DNA of 64,000 bases from Hyphochytrium catenoides (Eukaryota > Protista > Hyphochytriomycota). Below, one piece after another: positions 1 to 11,699 of this stretch; the stretch's first letter is position 1; every line of letters begins with the position of its first letter. The notes beneath the pieces were generated by a model. That model saw only the letters and a list, made by a program, of their open reading frames with translations, had not been told where the DNA came from and searched no databases. The stretch spans positions 54,597 to 118,596 of the forward strand of contig FLMG01000971.1 in assembly GCA_900088475.1 (NCBI GenBank). Reading direction: 5' to 3'. A program made the translations under genes and the position numbers.

Positions 1-216
1 ACGGGACCGATTCAGAAGAACCGAAAGAGATGCTACGCTTGCAAGAAGAAGGTTGGGTTGACGGGCATAGAATGCCGCTGTGGCTTCGTCTTTTGCGGCT
101 CACATCGATACGCCCAACAGCACAACTGCACTTTCGATTACAAGGCAGCCGACCGGGAGGAGTTGAAGAAGAGAAACCCTGGAGGAGGAATATTTGAGAA
201 AGTAGAAAAGCTGTGA
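1..216 (+). CDS. AN1-type zinc finger protein (ZFAND/SAP family), 3' end
   Basis: Frame 1 reads TGPIQKNRKRCYACKKKVGLTGIECRCGFVFCGSHRYAQQHNCTFDYKAADREELKKRNPGGGIFEKVEKL*, a classic zf-AN1 C-terminus. TGA at 214-216. Confidence 0.95.
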   Translation, partial: TGPIQKNRKRCYACKKKVGLTGIECRCGFVFCGSHRYAQQHNCTFDYKAADREELKKRNPGGGIFEKVEKL

Positions 217-531
217 GGATGGATGGATGACCTTGACAGACAGAGACAGAAAGGCTGTGCTGTGGGTGAGATATGGGAAAGGCGATTGTAAATACTGTTA
301 ATCTTAGGCTGTACTTCTGCTCTTGCTTGGTTACTTTGCTCTCCTCTCTGTGTCTTTCTCTCTCCCTCTGGAGTAGACATCCGGTTTTCTATGTCTGGAA
401 GCACCTACTTGACTGGTTAAGGGTCTACTCTTATAGTACCTTGGATGTCCTCCGTGACATCAACAGATAGGGTTCAGGAGGGAAAGGATCTCGCGGGCTG
501 GGCTTGAGATATGTGACATGTATCACAGACC

Positions 532-581
532 TTTGTGCGTCGATTATTCACTGGGATTTGTGCGTCGATTATTCACTGGGA
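532..581. repeat. 25-bp perfect tandem duplication (TTTGTGCGTCGATTATTCACTGGGA x2)
   Basis: Two identical adjacent copies, 532-556 and 557-581, spanning the M16 gene stop codon. Confidence 0.95.
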
Positions 582-3500
582 TGAAGATCGTCTAGTGTAC
601 AACCAGGCTCCGATGGCGACAGCGACCACCCCGACTGCCAAAGATGGCACTAGCCAGGCATAACCAGGGGATGAGAGAGGGGTAACGTTACTCTGCTTCT
701 CTTCTATCTTGATTGGGCGTTGGGCTGTTATCATCATGTTAGAGTGACGTCTTGATAACTTTTGCGGGGCCGGTTTGAGACTTACTCGGAGAGTCTTCTC
801 TCATGCTTCGTTCTTCATCTTTCTTTGGCTCATATGGTCTCTCCAATGCGCCGTCAACTAGCTCTCTGCCCCACTGCATTTTCCAACAAGAACAATCAGT
901 ACCACCGCTAGTGCGACTAAACGGGCGACTAAGTTGGAAACTATTGACAAGAAGGAAATAAAGAGGTCACCAGCTAGTGGTACGGGTATCGTTTCTCTTA
1001 CCGCGGCGAAGGCTACCTTAAGGGGTTGAACCTTTATCGTTGGGGTTACTACGATGACAGAAGAAAGAGTAGGATCAAACAGATGTCGAAGGTATGTCTC
1101 CAACATTCGCTTCACATCAGCTGCGGTTACTGCCTGGAGCTTGCCAAGCATCACCGAGTGATAGTCAGGTCCTACCATTCGAGAAGGAGACGAAGTTAGA
1201 TGTAACTCAGGCTGGAGTCCTCAACCACCTCCAAGCGCAGACTCTGTAGCTTGGAGACAACACGATAGCAAGGTGCGATACGGAGCAGATTAATGCAGAA
1301 GACTGCAAGTATAGATGTAGCTTCATAGGAGATGCCGTGTAAGATATTCCTAAATAGATAGAGGAACTGAAGCTAGCTGTCTGCACCTGTCCCTTTTAGA
1401 TAGTTGAGGAAGGAGTAAAAGGCGGAACTGGACACATTCTCGTCCCGAGAGATGTAGGAGAAAGCCTCACAGCTTTTAGCGGCCTCGAGACGTCTATGAT
1501 CGACCTCGAGCTCTCCCTGGCAGTAGTATCAGGGAGGTTAGGGCCATAGAAAGCAAACGCTTAAAGCGGAGAGAAGGTGGAGGAAGAGACGCCTAAGGCA
1601 CTTATGCCAGTATTGTTTTTGACTCGGGAAACCAGGTCTGGGAGCAAGAGGACTTGATACAATAAAGCATGGACTGTCAAGGACGGAAGTAGTCTACGTA
1701 CCTCTTGGTAGCGCCTTATAATTTCTCGAGCTTCGCGATATGCTCCTTCAAGGTCCGTGGAGTTGAAGAGGTGGAAAAAGAGCATTCCTTGCTCCACCTG
1801 CAGGTCAATCTGATAGTGATATGCGAGGCCTAACCCGCGAATAGTGCGCCAGAAGTCTCCCTGCAGATATGGGAATTGACGGAAAGAGGGCAAGGTAAGA
1901 TGTGTCAAGACGAGGATCCGATCTATCATTAGTATATAGCTGGGATGATGACAAGCAACTGAGAGTGAACTGAGGTGCAATGACATGGGCTTGTTGGTAG
2001 CTGAAACTTCCTGGCGAGTCAAGAAACAGAAAGGACCCAACGATTAGCAGCCCAATCGTCTTACCTCCAGCGCGGTGAGATATTGGATCGTAATGAGCAA
2101 TGGCGGGACGTCAGGGTGATCAAAAGTGTCAGGTCCCTCGCAGAACTGAGAAAGGAACGAGCTCTCTATCGAGTTAAGACCCACAATAGAGGCCTTTGAA
2201 AACAGGTGCATTAGTTGCGTAGAAAGTCAGCGTACTGAAAGAGATAACATTGTACATATTATTTGTGGATAACAGATGCATTGATAGAGAGCCTTCCTTT
2301 GTACCTGCCGTCGCTTTCTTAGTATTACTTCTGACCGGTAAATCGAGCTCGGTGGAAGAACGGCCGATGGAAGAATGGCAGGGTGTCCTAGCTGCAGATT
2401 AGCCTTGAAGATTCTCAGCGGTTCCGGAATCTTATGCCAGTCTCCAGCACAATGGATCTAAAGCCAGAGACAAGAAAGGAAAGTTACAGGGGTACGTCTA
2501 GTCCAAACAGACAGAAGCGTACTATGATTGCAATAAAGGGAGAGAGGTACACCGAATGGAGGGAGAGATGAAGGACTGAAGATATACTGAGTTCAGCTCC
2601 TACCTTGATGTTAGCTATCTGTGTCAGCCTGTAACGGATCTCTTCGATTTGCGCCACAATCTCGTCAGGGTTGGACTCGAGGGCGCTCGCAATATACGTA
2701 AGGAATCCCTGAGGAATAGAGAGAGAGATCGCGTCAAGATCCCGGTGCACAAATTTGCAGTAAGCTCTCATATATGGGTTGCCTGCAGAGCTGTGAAGAT
2801 CAATATTATGGAACAGACGTAGGCTAGGATTATAGTGCTAGGATTATAGAGGGCGGAACTGCTTAGGCTAAGCCAACTCACCTCCTGCCATAGGAAGGTA
2901 CTGGCGACATGGGGACTCTTTTCCCGAAAGGTAACTTCCTTGCTCAAAGCTTCACAAACGTCTCCACCGCTTCTCTTATAGTTCGCAATGGACGCTAACA
3001 GCCGATTAGCTACGACACGGAGCCTCTCAGGAGAAAATACTGTGGCAAACAGTATCTGGAGGGAAAACGATGCTGAGAACAAGCGAGGATTGGGCGCCAG
3101 GAAGGTGTAAAGATCAAAATAAGGGAAACTGTGAACATATGGCGCTTGCATAGAAGACACTAACCTACTGGATAGAGAAAGGTAACAATTGAAAAGACTA
3201 GTACCGAATAGCGAAGAAGTGTGAGCAACGAAGCAATTTGCAATAAGTGAGATTCAGGTAGTTCTGAAAAGGACGAGGAATCGTCGTACCTTTGACAGCC
3301 ATTTGACTCCTTCCTCTAGTTTGCCTTGCTCAAGCTTCAGCGTCAGCTTAAGAGCATCCGGAAATATGCCTGGGGAAAACGTGTAGCCAGACATACTCTA
3401 ACGTCCGACATATTATCCCAGACGATTCGAGAGGTGGCACTTTAGACTGTATATAAGCGCAACCACCGGACGGTCACGAGCTTACAAAGCTAGAATTCAG

Positions 3501-6500
3501 AGGACTTACCAATTCTACGTGAGAGGAGATAGTATCCTCGGCAAGTCGCTCAATAACCTGACAGGGGTTACAGCTCAGTATAGCTTCATCCAAACAGCCC
3601 ATGCATTGCTCCATGTCTTTCGCAGTCTACGGTAGGTCCCCTTGCCTATTTCCAATAAAATAACCACCAACTCCGTTTTGCTCTTGCTTCTTTTCCTACG
3701 CTAACCGTACGCCCACGGAGACAAGGATTCACAGTGCAAAGAGCATCTACGCCCTCAGTCGTTTCCCAGTATGCTGCCTACCTCGTCGTGGGAAGTGAGT
3801 GAGCCATCCATATTGATCACAGGTAGTTCCAGAAGACAGGAAGACAGAAGAGGGAGGAAATATCTTTGCTCGTCTTTTAAACCGCTGCAATTCAAAATGA
3901 CGGACACCTGAATACAGAGGGGAGAACGTGGCAGGCTTAGTAGGCTGCAGGCAAACCCAACATGAGTAAACGCGAGTCACTCTTTTGAGAGTACTGATGT
4001 TACAAGGACGCAGGACGAACTCTGTTCTTGTCCATTGTAGTGCTCCCTACACTAACCTCGATGAACTGAGAATTAACTTGATCCAACTGCATGAGGCACT
4101 CGAGGCCCACAGAATCCGCTAGAGCTTGGCAGTGCGCTTTCAATAGCTCCAGTGCCTCCTCTGAAGAGTACCGGTTGCGATAGGGCACGACATGGATCTG
4201 TTCTCCTGCAAGTGTTTTAAGCGGCGGCTCAGGTCTGCTCTATTGGAGGGGAAAGCCTAAAGTCTGTTCAGATCCCATAAACATGGGGGTCATACCATCT
4301 CTCGGCTCAGTTCTCAAACCGGTGACAGGCAGAAGCGGAACCTATGACAAAAATTCGTAGTCAAGACTACCGCCGTTTAGGTGGACGCCTGATTAAAAGC
4401 CAAATACAGACGAAAGCAAGACAAGCGGAAGGATCAAAGAAAGGAGGATAAAACTAGAAACGTAGTTGTGCTACGCCGACAAAAAGATAGCTAACCTCTG
4501 TCGAGTCTGGAATCGGTATAGTTTCTATGACAGAGTCTGGACAAGCCACTGAATTGATCTCATGGCAAGCTCTAAGCTTGTCACCCAATCTTTTGAGCCC
4601 GCTGTCTCCTAGCATCTGGCTTTGGCCTGCTATCCTCGCCTAACCATAGAGAGGTATCAGCCGTCCAGCGTTGTTCCTTTTAGGCCTGCACTTGGTGTCT
4701 GCCCGAATGCGACTTTTCGACTTTTACCACTCTCACCTCTTCAGCTTCTGCCATCGACTCTGCCAATTTTGCAGAGGGCACAGCAAGAACCGCAACCTAA
4801 AATGTAGCATAGATGCACGCACAGGAAACAGTGATCACTAACAACAGAACCTCAGGAAAGCATAGACAGCCGCAGTGCGGCTCCTGCGCGAAACGAGGCT
4901 GCTTGAAATAGTGCGGAGTACCATTGGCATTGTGGATATCTCAGCTTGAAAGCTACGGAAGGAATGGCTACAACAATAGAAGAACTAACAAGAACAGAAT
5001 AGGGGAGTAGCGGTCACCGAAGGCTAGTTGGACATACCGGAGGGCTTCCCTTGTCTGCTAGCTTTTCCTTAACCAGTTTTGCCCAGTACCACCCGTACTG
5101 GTCTGTCTGGGGAAGAGATTCCAACCGGCCAACCACGTTCCCTATTCGCTCCTTCATCTGCAGCGCTTCCACGCCCGGCTCTCTGGAGCCATACAGATGC
5201 TAAGGAACAAAAAGTAGAGTTCACAGTCGAGTGAGCGCAACAGGAGTGAATAGAGAGCAGAATCTACAGAACAAGGCACGGAGAATGAGGAAAAAGCGGC
5301 AAAAGGCCAGAGGAGCTATGGAAGTGTTAGACGCGGGTCATCAAAAGAGCTAGTTCGATTAAGACGAGAAGCAACTCATGTCACGCACAGCATACCATGA
5401 CTATTGCGTCGAAAGCTATCAATCTGTGAGGATCACTCTCGAGATCACTCTTGTGCCGAAGTATCGTCCTTTCAACCGAGCACACGTCAGAGACACTTCT
5501 ATCATGACAGGTCTCCACCAACCAACCTTTTGATAAGGGATCTGATACGAACTATATCCACTCCTTGGCATACGTCAAGTAGGACCTGCAAGCCATGCAG
5601 TGAGATAACATACCGTGTTTACTTTTATGCAAGAGAGAGAAAGGCCCAGCGAGAAGAGGGATGTCTACGAAAAAGAAGCTAAGGAATGGGATCAATGGCG
5701 CCGCCTAAGAGTACCTCGTAGAACTTCGGAAGAACTTGCTCTATTCTTTCTCGCTTAACATCCATAAACCTTTGGAAGTGAAGCTTTCCGTCATTGGTTG
5801 AAGAAGGAATTGAGTAACCATCAAGAATAAGAGAAAAACCTACTTCGTGGCACGGGTAAGGCCAGCCAAGGTAAGGCGGGCCAGATAGCAGAGGATTAAC
5901 AAGAGACTTGAAGGATGCGACGAGAGAGAGAGAGAGAGGAGTCAAGGAGACAGGGGAAATTGCTCACAGGAGTGACCATCCAGTCTGAGAGATCCTTGTA
6001 TTGACCAAGGAGTGGGTCGTCTAAGTCAAGCTAAGGACGGCTTTAATTTACCTTATATAAAAGGCATTTGTGGAACCTTCTAGCAGGCTGTACGAAACAT
6101 CTGAACAGATTGGATCCTCGGTCTCCACGAAAGCCTGAAGCACTAACGGTTAGTCCGGCAAAAGTTAATGTGGAGTGTGAAGTACGTCGAGTTCCTAGCA
6201 TGTCCCCCCAAGCTTCTCCTTTCTCTTCCCCTCGTTGAGGCCTTCCCCTCCCCGTTTCACTTCGGAATCCATAATAGGAGTATCTGTCGTTAGACATCTT
6301 GCTGTACTCCTCCTTCTTCTGGCTCGTACACATTTCGCGCTTACCCGTTTGATCGGTGCAATTGGTGAGTCTGTTAGGTACATTAAAAGCACGTTCAATG
6401 CCGTCATTGAGGCAAACTCGGACCATTTAGTTGCCCTCCACGCCAGAAGTACCTCTCCAGTGGACTCATCCTCAGAAGGGAAGAAAACTCTTTCCACTCT

Positions 6501-8058
6501 TGCTCCTCCTGGCAATAATCTCTCTACAGGGGTAGACCAGGGTCGCTTGTGCTTCTCGGTTTTATGCTTATCCTCTCGATCTCTGCATTTCCGCACCATC
6601 GGCTCAAGGTCCCCAAGGACAGTTTGATGGTCCACCGCACCCGCAATAATGAGGCAAAGATTGTCCGGTCGATAGTATTCCTGATGATACCTAAGGAAGG
6701 AAGACACAGCACTTCAGTTATCTTGGAGGGAAGGAGGAGTTTTGCGTCCAATTGATCTAGCACGACGATTCAGGCATGTAAACCAAACAAGGCGGTCCTC
6801 TACTGTCCTTACATGACTTTTCATGGAGCGGACTCTTAAGACAGAGTTATCAACAAAAGATAAGCCGAAAGATGCAAAGCAGACGAACGTGATACCAAGA
6901 CAAGCAGATACCAAGAAAGAACTTTCGTACGCCGTATGTACCTCTTTATCTTTTCATTGGTTAGAGTTCGCAGATTCTGCATGCTCCCACCCGTATAGGA
7001 AGCATACCCGGTTCCAGGAAAGAGGAGAGACATCATTCTTCGAGATGCCAACTCAAAGCAAGTATTTTCCCTTGCCTGCATCTCACTGTACACTACACCA
7101 TTGTCCTCCCCACCCTCTGTAATGTGATGCACTTCAGTGTGAAAGGCTGCATCGGTCAGTGTAGGGAATAGAATGTGATCCAGGTAGATTGGCAGGAGAC
7201 GGACAAATCCCTCGCTCCCTGCTGTCGTCAACGTGTACGCTGTATGATCTACGTCTGAAGAGAACAATATAGTATGCGAACATGGGCGAAGGTAAGTGGG
7301 CAACCGAGCGGCGGTCTTCAGAGAAGGAATGCTATCGTCAAGGACTTCAAGAAAACGACAACGACCACAATCAGCAACCTCTGAGATGTTAGATTTAGGC
7401 AAGCTAACGCTCAAGAAAAGCATTGAGATGAGAAAGGCAGAGCCGGATTGAGGGCAAGAAGTAGCAGAGAAGTAGAGAACCTGTCCAGGCGTTAGTCCCC
7501 TGTGCTAAACAGCGATTCGCAAGCTGGTCAAGAACGCCTTTGTATGGATACTGCTCACTCCCGAGGAAAATGAGGTGCTCCAGAGTATGAGGCAAACCGT
7601 CGTCGGCATGGGCGTACTCATTAGTGACCGCTAGAGGTTTTAGAAGCACTTAGCTTTAATCCACATAAAACGGAGGCCGGCGAGGAGTAAGAAGGTGGAG
7701 TAAGACGAATTGCGTAGTAGAGATCGAGACGAGCAGGACGTGGAGAGGAGCATAACGAGACAGATGATATGAGTAAGCCAAACATTGCCCATACACTCAA
7801 AAATAAGAAAGGGAGGAGAGGTAGCATGGAGGCGAAGCTGCAAGGCACGGTACCCTCTGTCGCCAGCACAAAGTATCCTTTCACCAAGGGTCCAGGGATA
7901 TCAATGAAGCAGACGCGGAGGCCCGTCTGGTCGTTCTGCACTAAAGACACTCCGATGTCATTTTCTATTGAGAATGAGCAAAGGGACGCCCAGCTGCAGG
8001 CTTCCAAGGATTGCTCTGGAGCAGGAGTTTCCATGGGCTGTTCCCCATTTGGAGGCAT
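573..8058 (-). CDS. Insulinase-family (M16) zinc metallopeptidase, yeast YOL098C/SDD3-like, multi-exon, with C-terminal TM anchor
   Basis: Inverted zincin motif in DDGLPHTLEHLIFLGSEQYPYKGVLDQLANRCLAQGTNAWT. Also GVVYSEMQARE, YHQEYYRPDN and FWRTIRGLGLAY. About 20 exons join in frame through GT-AG introns. The last exon encodes GYAWLVPSLAVGVVAVAIGAWLYTRRSSSQ*. Confidence 0.9.
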
Positions 8059-8355
8059 CTTGGCAGCAACTCTAGCGCCTGACAAGGTTCTTCCTCGAGA
8101 CACAAGTCCTTGGAGACCTATCCCTCTACCAGACTTGAGCTTAGACGGGGGAACACGCTTCTACTGCTTATGCACTTGTGATGGTGCCAAAAGGCGAAGG
8201 CAAAGGATGCTGCACGATATCAAGGTGATAGACTGGGCCGACGGCCTAAGCTCTAAGGGCCTTAAGGACAAGCACCAGCGAAGCAAGTCAGGACTATAAT
8301 TGCTCTCTCTTTAGCTCTTTTGCTCCTCCTGCCAACATGGCAGTAGCCTTATATC

Positions 8356-8546
8356 AGAGAGAGAGAGAGAGAGGGAGAGAGTTAGAGGGAGAGGGAAAAT
8401 CCGGCATGGCCGCCGGGCTCGGAAGCAGAGGAGATACAGAGCCGCAGCTCAAGAGGAGATTCAACGGGACGCGGCATCAACGGGGGAGAGAGAGAGAGAA
8501 TGAGAGAGAGGCAGAGAGAGAGAGGGGGAGACAGAGAGGGGGAGAC

Positions 8547-8577
<31 letters not shown>

Positions 8578-8585
8578 ACAGAGAC
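8356..8585. repeat. (GA)n-rich polypurine microsatellite tract
   Basis: Interrupted GAGAGA runs upstream of the M16 gene start. Confidence 0.9.
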
Positions 8586-9315
8586 TTCAAGGAGAGGAGA
8601 CAGCAAAAGGGAAACATACAAAAGTTGCTAACGAACGTAGAGGTCGATCAGAAGCGTGGTAGAAAGCTCTTTCTAACAAAATGAAGCGGTAAGTACCAGA
8701 GTGGCGTTCCAATGAGCGTTGACACTTAGAGCTGGTGATATCCCAACGCACTGGTTTTTACCCCTTTCATTCACTCATTCAATCTCTTCTCATTCGAAAG
8801 GTTGCGCTGGGTGATGGATCTGCTTTCATAATAAGTGCTTTATTATGATGTTCTCCCGCAGGGACGGCGAGGTGAGGACCGTGAGCACGGCCACCGCGCT
8901 CTCCTGCCAGGCACCATCTACATCCATATAGTCAGCACTTCAGGCTCTGTAAGGCCATAGCCGTTCAAGGCCATGATAGATGAATGTCGGGTCTGGTATG
9001 CCTACCGTCTGGGCTCAAGAAAGGCAGAGAGGAGACCTCAATAGATAATGCTACCTTTACATCTTCTCATCTGCTGGGGTCCGCCGGGGGAAGAAGGAGG
9101 TGTCAAATGTTTTGCAGCCAGGGAATCAGATAGAGACCCAGATAGCGTCGTAGATGAGTCCGACATAAGAACCTACATAGTTCTATTGAAAGTTCTTGAC
9201 GTTCTCAACAGATATTTTATGAGCCGCTGCACAGTATACTGACGTTCCATCATCAACAACTGAGACAACTGGGAAGTGAAGGACGCTCAGGATGGGAAGG
9301 AGACCCAAGTAGTGT

Positions 9316-11112
9316 TTAGTAAATCAGCTTGCCTCCTCTAGCTACCGCAGGAGGCACCACAGGAACGGCATAGTATCTCTCCAGGTCTTTCGGTCTTTCT
9401 TCCACGACTTGCTTCACGATCTGGTCGCGTAACATTGCCCGGACCTCCTCCATTCTTCCTGCAGTTTGCTCTATCACATATGTTCGGGTAGTAACTGTCC
9501 GTGTGGAATCATCTATAAAGTGTATGGTCAAAATGTTGTCAAAGAGCTCCATTGACTCTGATGTCTCGAGCTTCCAGGCCCATCCGCCGCATGCGAATTG
9601 TACTTTGTTCCTGCCTTGCAGGGCTGCTTCCACAAGCAGACTAGGTCGTGACCAAACTGCCAGGCCGAAGCTCTCCCATTCAATGCGCCGAGAGTAGCTC
9701 AATACGTCTCTACTTCTTAGCTCTTCGAGGTTCTGAGCAGGTCCAAAGTTTGATGATAATAGGGGGAAGAAGGGCAAGTTGCTAGTACGCGTTAGGTTCA
9801 GGGTTGCCCGAGGATTTGAATCACGAGGTGGGTCAGCACAGTGGCCATTTCTTTCCAAGTCAGCCATTGTTAGAACTTGATCTTCATTATGCTGAGAGTC
9901 CAACCTGTCCCATAGTTTATAGCAGTGAAAGACATCCACCTCGCGCGTGTATCGTCCTTTACCGCTTACCATGATCCACAAGAAGTAGAAGGGACACGCG
10001 AGAACAAGAACCAGTAAGTAGAGGACTGCCACCATAAGCCAAACAAGCATGAGCGGCAACAGGATGGGGAAGCAGATAATTTGCGCCCAGTCTGGCAATC
10101 TCTCTATGGACGAAGTGCAGCTCTGGCACCATGAGAAGGATGACCTGGACCTCTGCAACGGTCCACGCTGTCTTACGTAAAGAATCTCATTCACAATATC
10201 AGGGATGGGTATAGCTGGCGCCAATGGAGGATGGTAACGGGACCGATACTCGTACTCCAATTGCTTCAAGTTCCGTATTATGAACTCAATAAGGAGCATG
10301 TCCCCAGTCCTTCTCAGACGCCATAGCTCTGATGAAACGCTGAAATACTTTTCCCACATTTCTTCCCTCTCAGCGACGTAGTCATAACCTTCACAGACAT
10401 GAATTCCTTTGAAGGTCTCGCTTGGGACTCCTGGCAGTCCAAGCTCAATCCGGGAGCCCCAGTCATTGATTATCGTCATGTTCAGCGATAGTGGAACCCC
10501 GTGCATTTCACTCCCATTTTCCGCCTGGTACAGTTGTGACGAGTTCCAGGTGCTGGGAGAGCGGCCTTCATCTCTTACAACGTAGTCAGGCTCTAAAGCA
10601 CTCTCAGCGCCTAAGCCTTTTGGGAGTTCTGGCAGGTCAAAGCAGTAGGGGCTATGAACCCGGCCAGCAGGATGGACCACCTTGCGTCCCTCGAGATGAG
10701 GCTCGACAGTGCTTTTGAATTCGACTACATCTCTCTCATCACGGGGCTGTCTGCACTCCGGCACGGAGTAGACAACGGCTGAAAATGCAGGAGGGTCTTC
10801 AGAAGCCTCAAGAGAGGGCCAGCAGGTGGCGGCTTCCTCGCCAGTGAGCCTGGAGTAGCTGTCTAACCTGGCAGTCGTCATCATATCAGCGGCATACCCT
10901 CGTCGCATCTCCCAAAGCGCCGCTTTCCATCCTGACGAACGCAGGCTACTGGCCGCTTTGTCTCTCCTTTTCTCCCTGCTTCCTGATACAGAACCCCCGA
11001 CAGGGGAATGGGAGGGCCTTGCCTCTCGCAGTGTTGGATAATCGACGCCGATCCCTGCCTCAATCTCCTCATTGTAGTTCTCTTCTGGTGTTGATCTAAT
11101 GGTTGGCTCCAT
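9316..11112 (-). CDS. Intronless hypothetical membrane protein (598 aa)
   Basis: Long uninterrupted ORF starting at ATG, with one long hydrophobic segment (WAQIICFPILLPLMLVWLMVAVLYLLVLVLACPFYFLWIMV). No family recognised. Confidence 0.75.
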   Translation of the reverse strand: MEPTIRSTPEENYNEEIEAGIGVDYPTLREARPSHSPVGGSVSGSREKRRDKAASSLRSSGWKAALWEMRRGYAADMMTTARLDSYSRLTGEEAATCWPSLEASEDPPAFSAVVYSVPECRQPRDERDVVEFKSTVEPHLEGRKVVHPAGRVHSPYCFDLPELPKGLGAESALEPDYVVRDEGRSPSTWNSSQLYQAENGSEMHGVPLSLNMTIINDWGSRIELGLPGVPSETFKGIHVCEGYDYVAEREEMWEKYFSVSSELWRLRRTGDMLLIEFIIRNLKQLEYEYRSRYHPPLAPAIPIPDIVNEILYVRQRGPLQRSRSSFSWCQSCTSSIERLPDWAQIICFPILLPLMLVWLMVAVLYLLVLVLACPFYFLWIMVSGKGRYTREVDVFHCYKLWDRLDSQHNEDQVLTMADLERNGHCADPPRDSNPRATLNLTRTSNLPFFPLLSSNFGPAQNLEELRSRDVLSYSRRIEWESFGLAVWSRPSLLVEAALQGRNKVQFACGGWAWKLETSESMELFDNILTIHFIDDSTRTVTTRTYVIEQTAGRMEEVRAMLRDQIVKQVVEERPKDLERYYAVPVVPPAVARGGKLIY

Positions 11113-11699
11113 TAGCCCTCACTCTAAGAAGAATGGTTGTTTGGAAGTACCCTTGCCAGTCGGTGAACGGATACCGCTGTTTAGAGAGCTCGATGCTCAC
11201 CAAGGCAGCAATCGTGACGGCCGCTTTCAGCTAGGTCTAACACACTAGGCTTCTGATTTTACAGAAGAATGTCTTGGCTGTATGCATAGTAAAGCTCCTT
11301 TACGGTACGAGGTAGGCAGCCGAACCCTCCCTAGCTTAGCTTAGATAGTGTTTATTGCGTTCCGTCCTCCTGGCCGTCATCCTTTCACCGTCAGCCTCCA
11401 TGTGTGCTGCTCCCCACTCTCCCCTCGCCGCCGCCGCCGCCGTCATATTCTTCCTTCCGCTTTCCCGTGTTGTCCCCTTTCTGTTTTCCCTCGTGGCGGC
11501 CGCGGCGCTTGCTTCTGAAGTTCTGAAGCTCGATCCTCCCGCGCTGCGCCGTGTTTATGTCTTTTCGTGGTCTCCTTCTCTAAAGGGACCATCGAGTATC
11601 ACATACACAATAATCCCTGGATGGAGTGGACAGGACCCTAGGACCGAGAGGGCCTAAGACGGTAAGGAACAATTCTGATTGGCCGGATGACCCTAAGGC

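Noticed and set aside
8860-9310. Possible pseudogene frame on the + strand
   Set aside because: About 4 stops in 150 codons is not clearly different from chance, and no motif was recognised.
11124-11174. GTATCC...TTAG on the minus strand upstream of the 598-aa ORF as a second U12-type intron
   Set aside because: There is no TCCTTAAC-like branch site, it is only 51 nt, and no coding constraint supports it.
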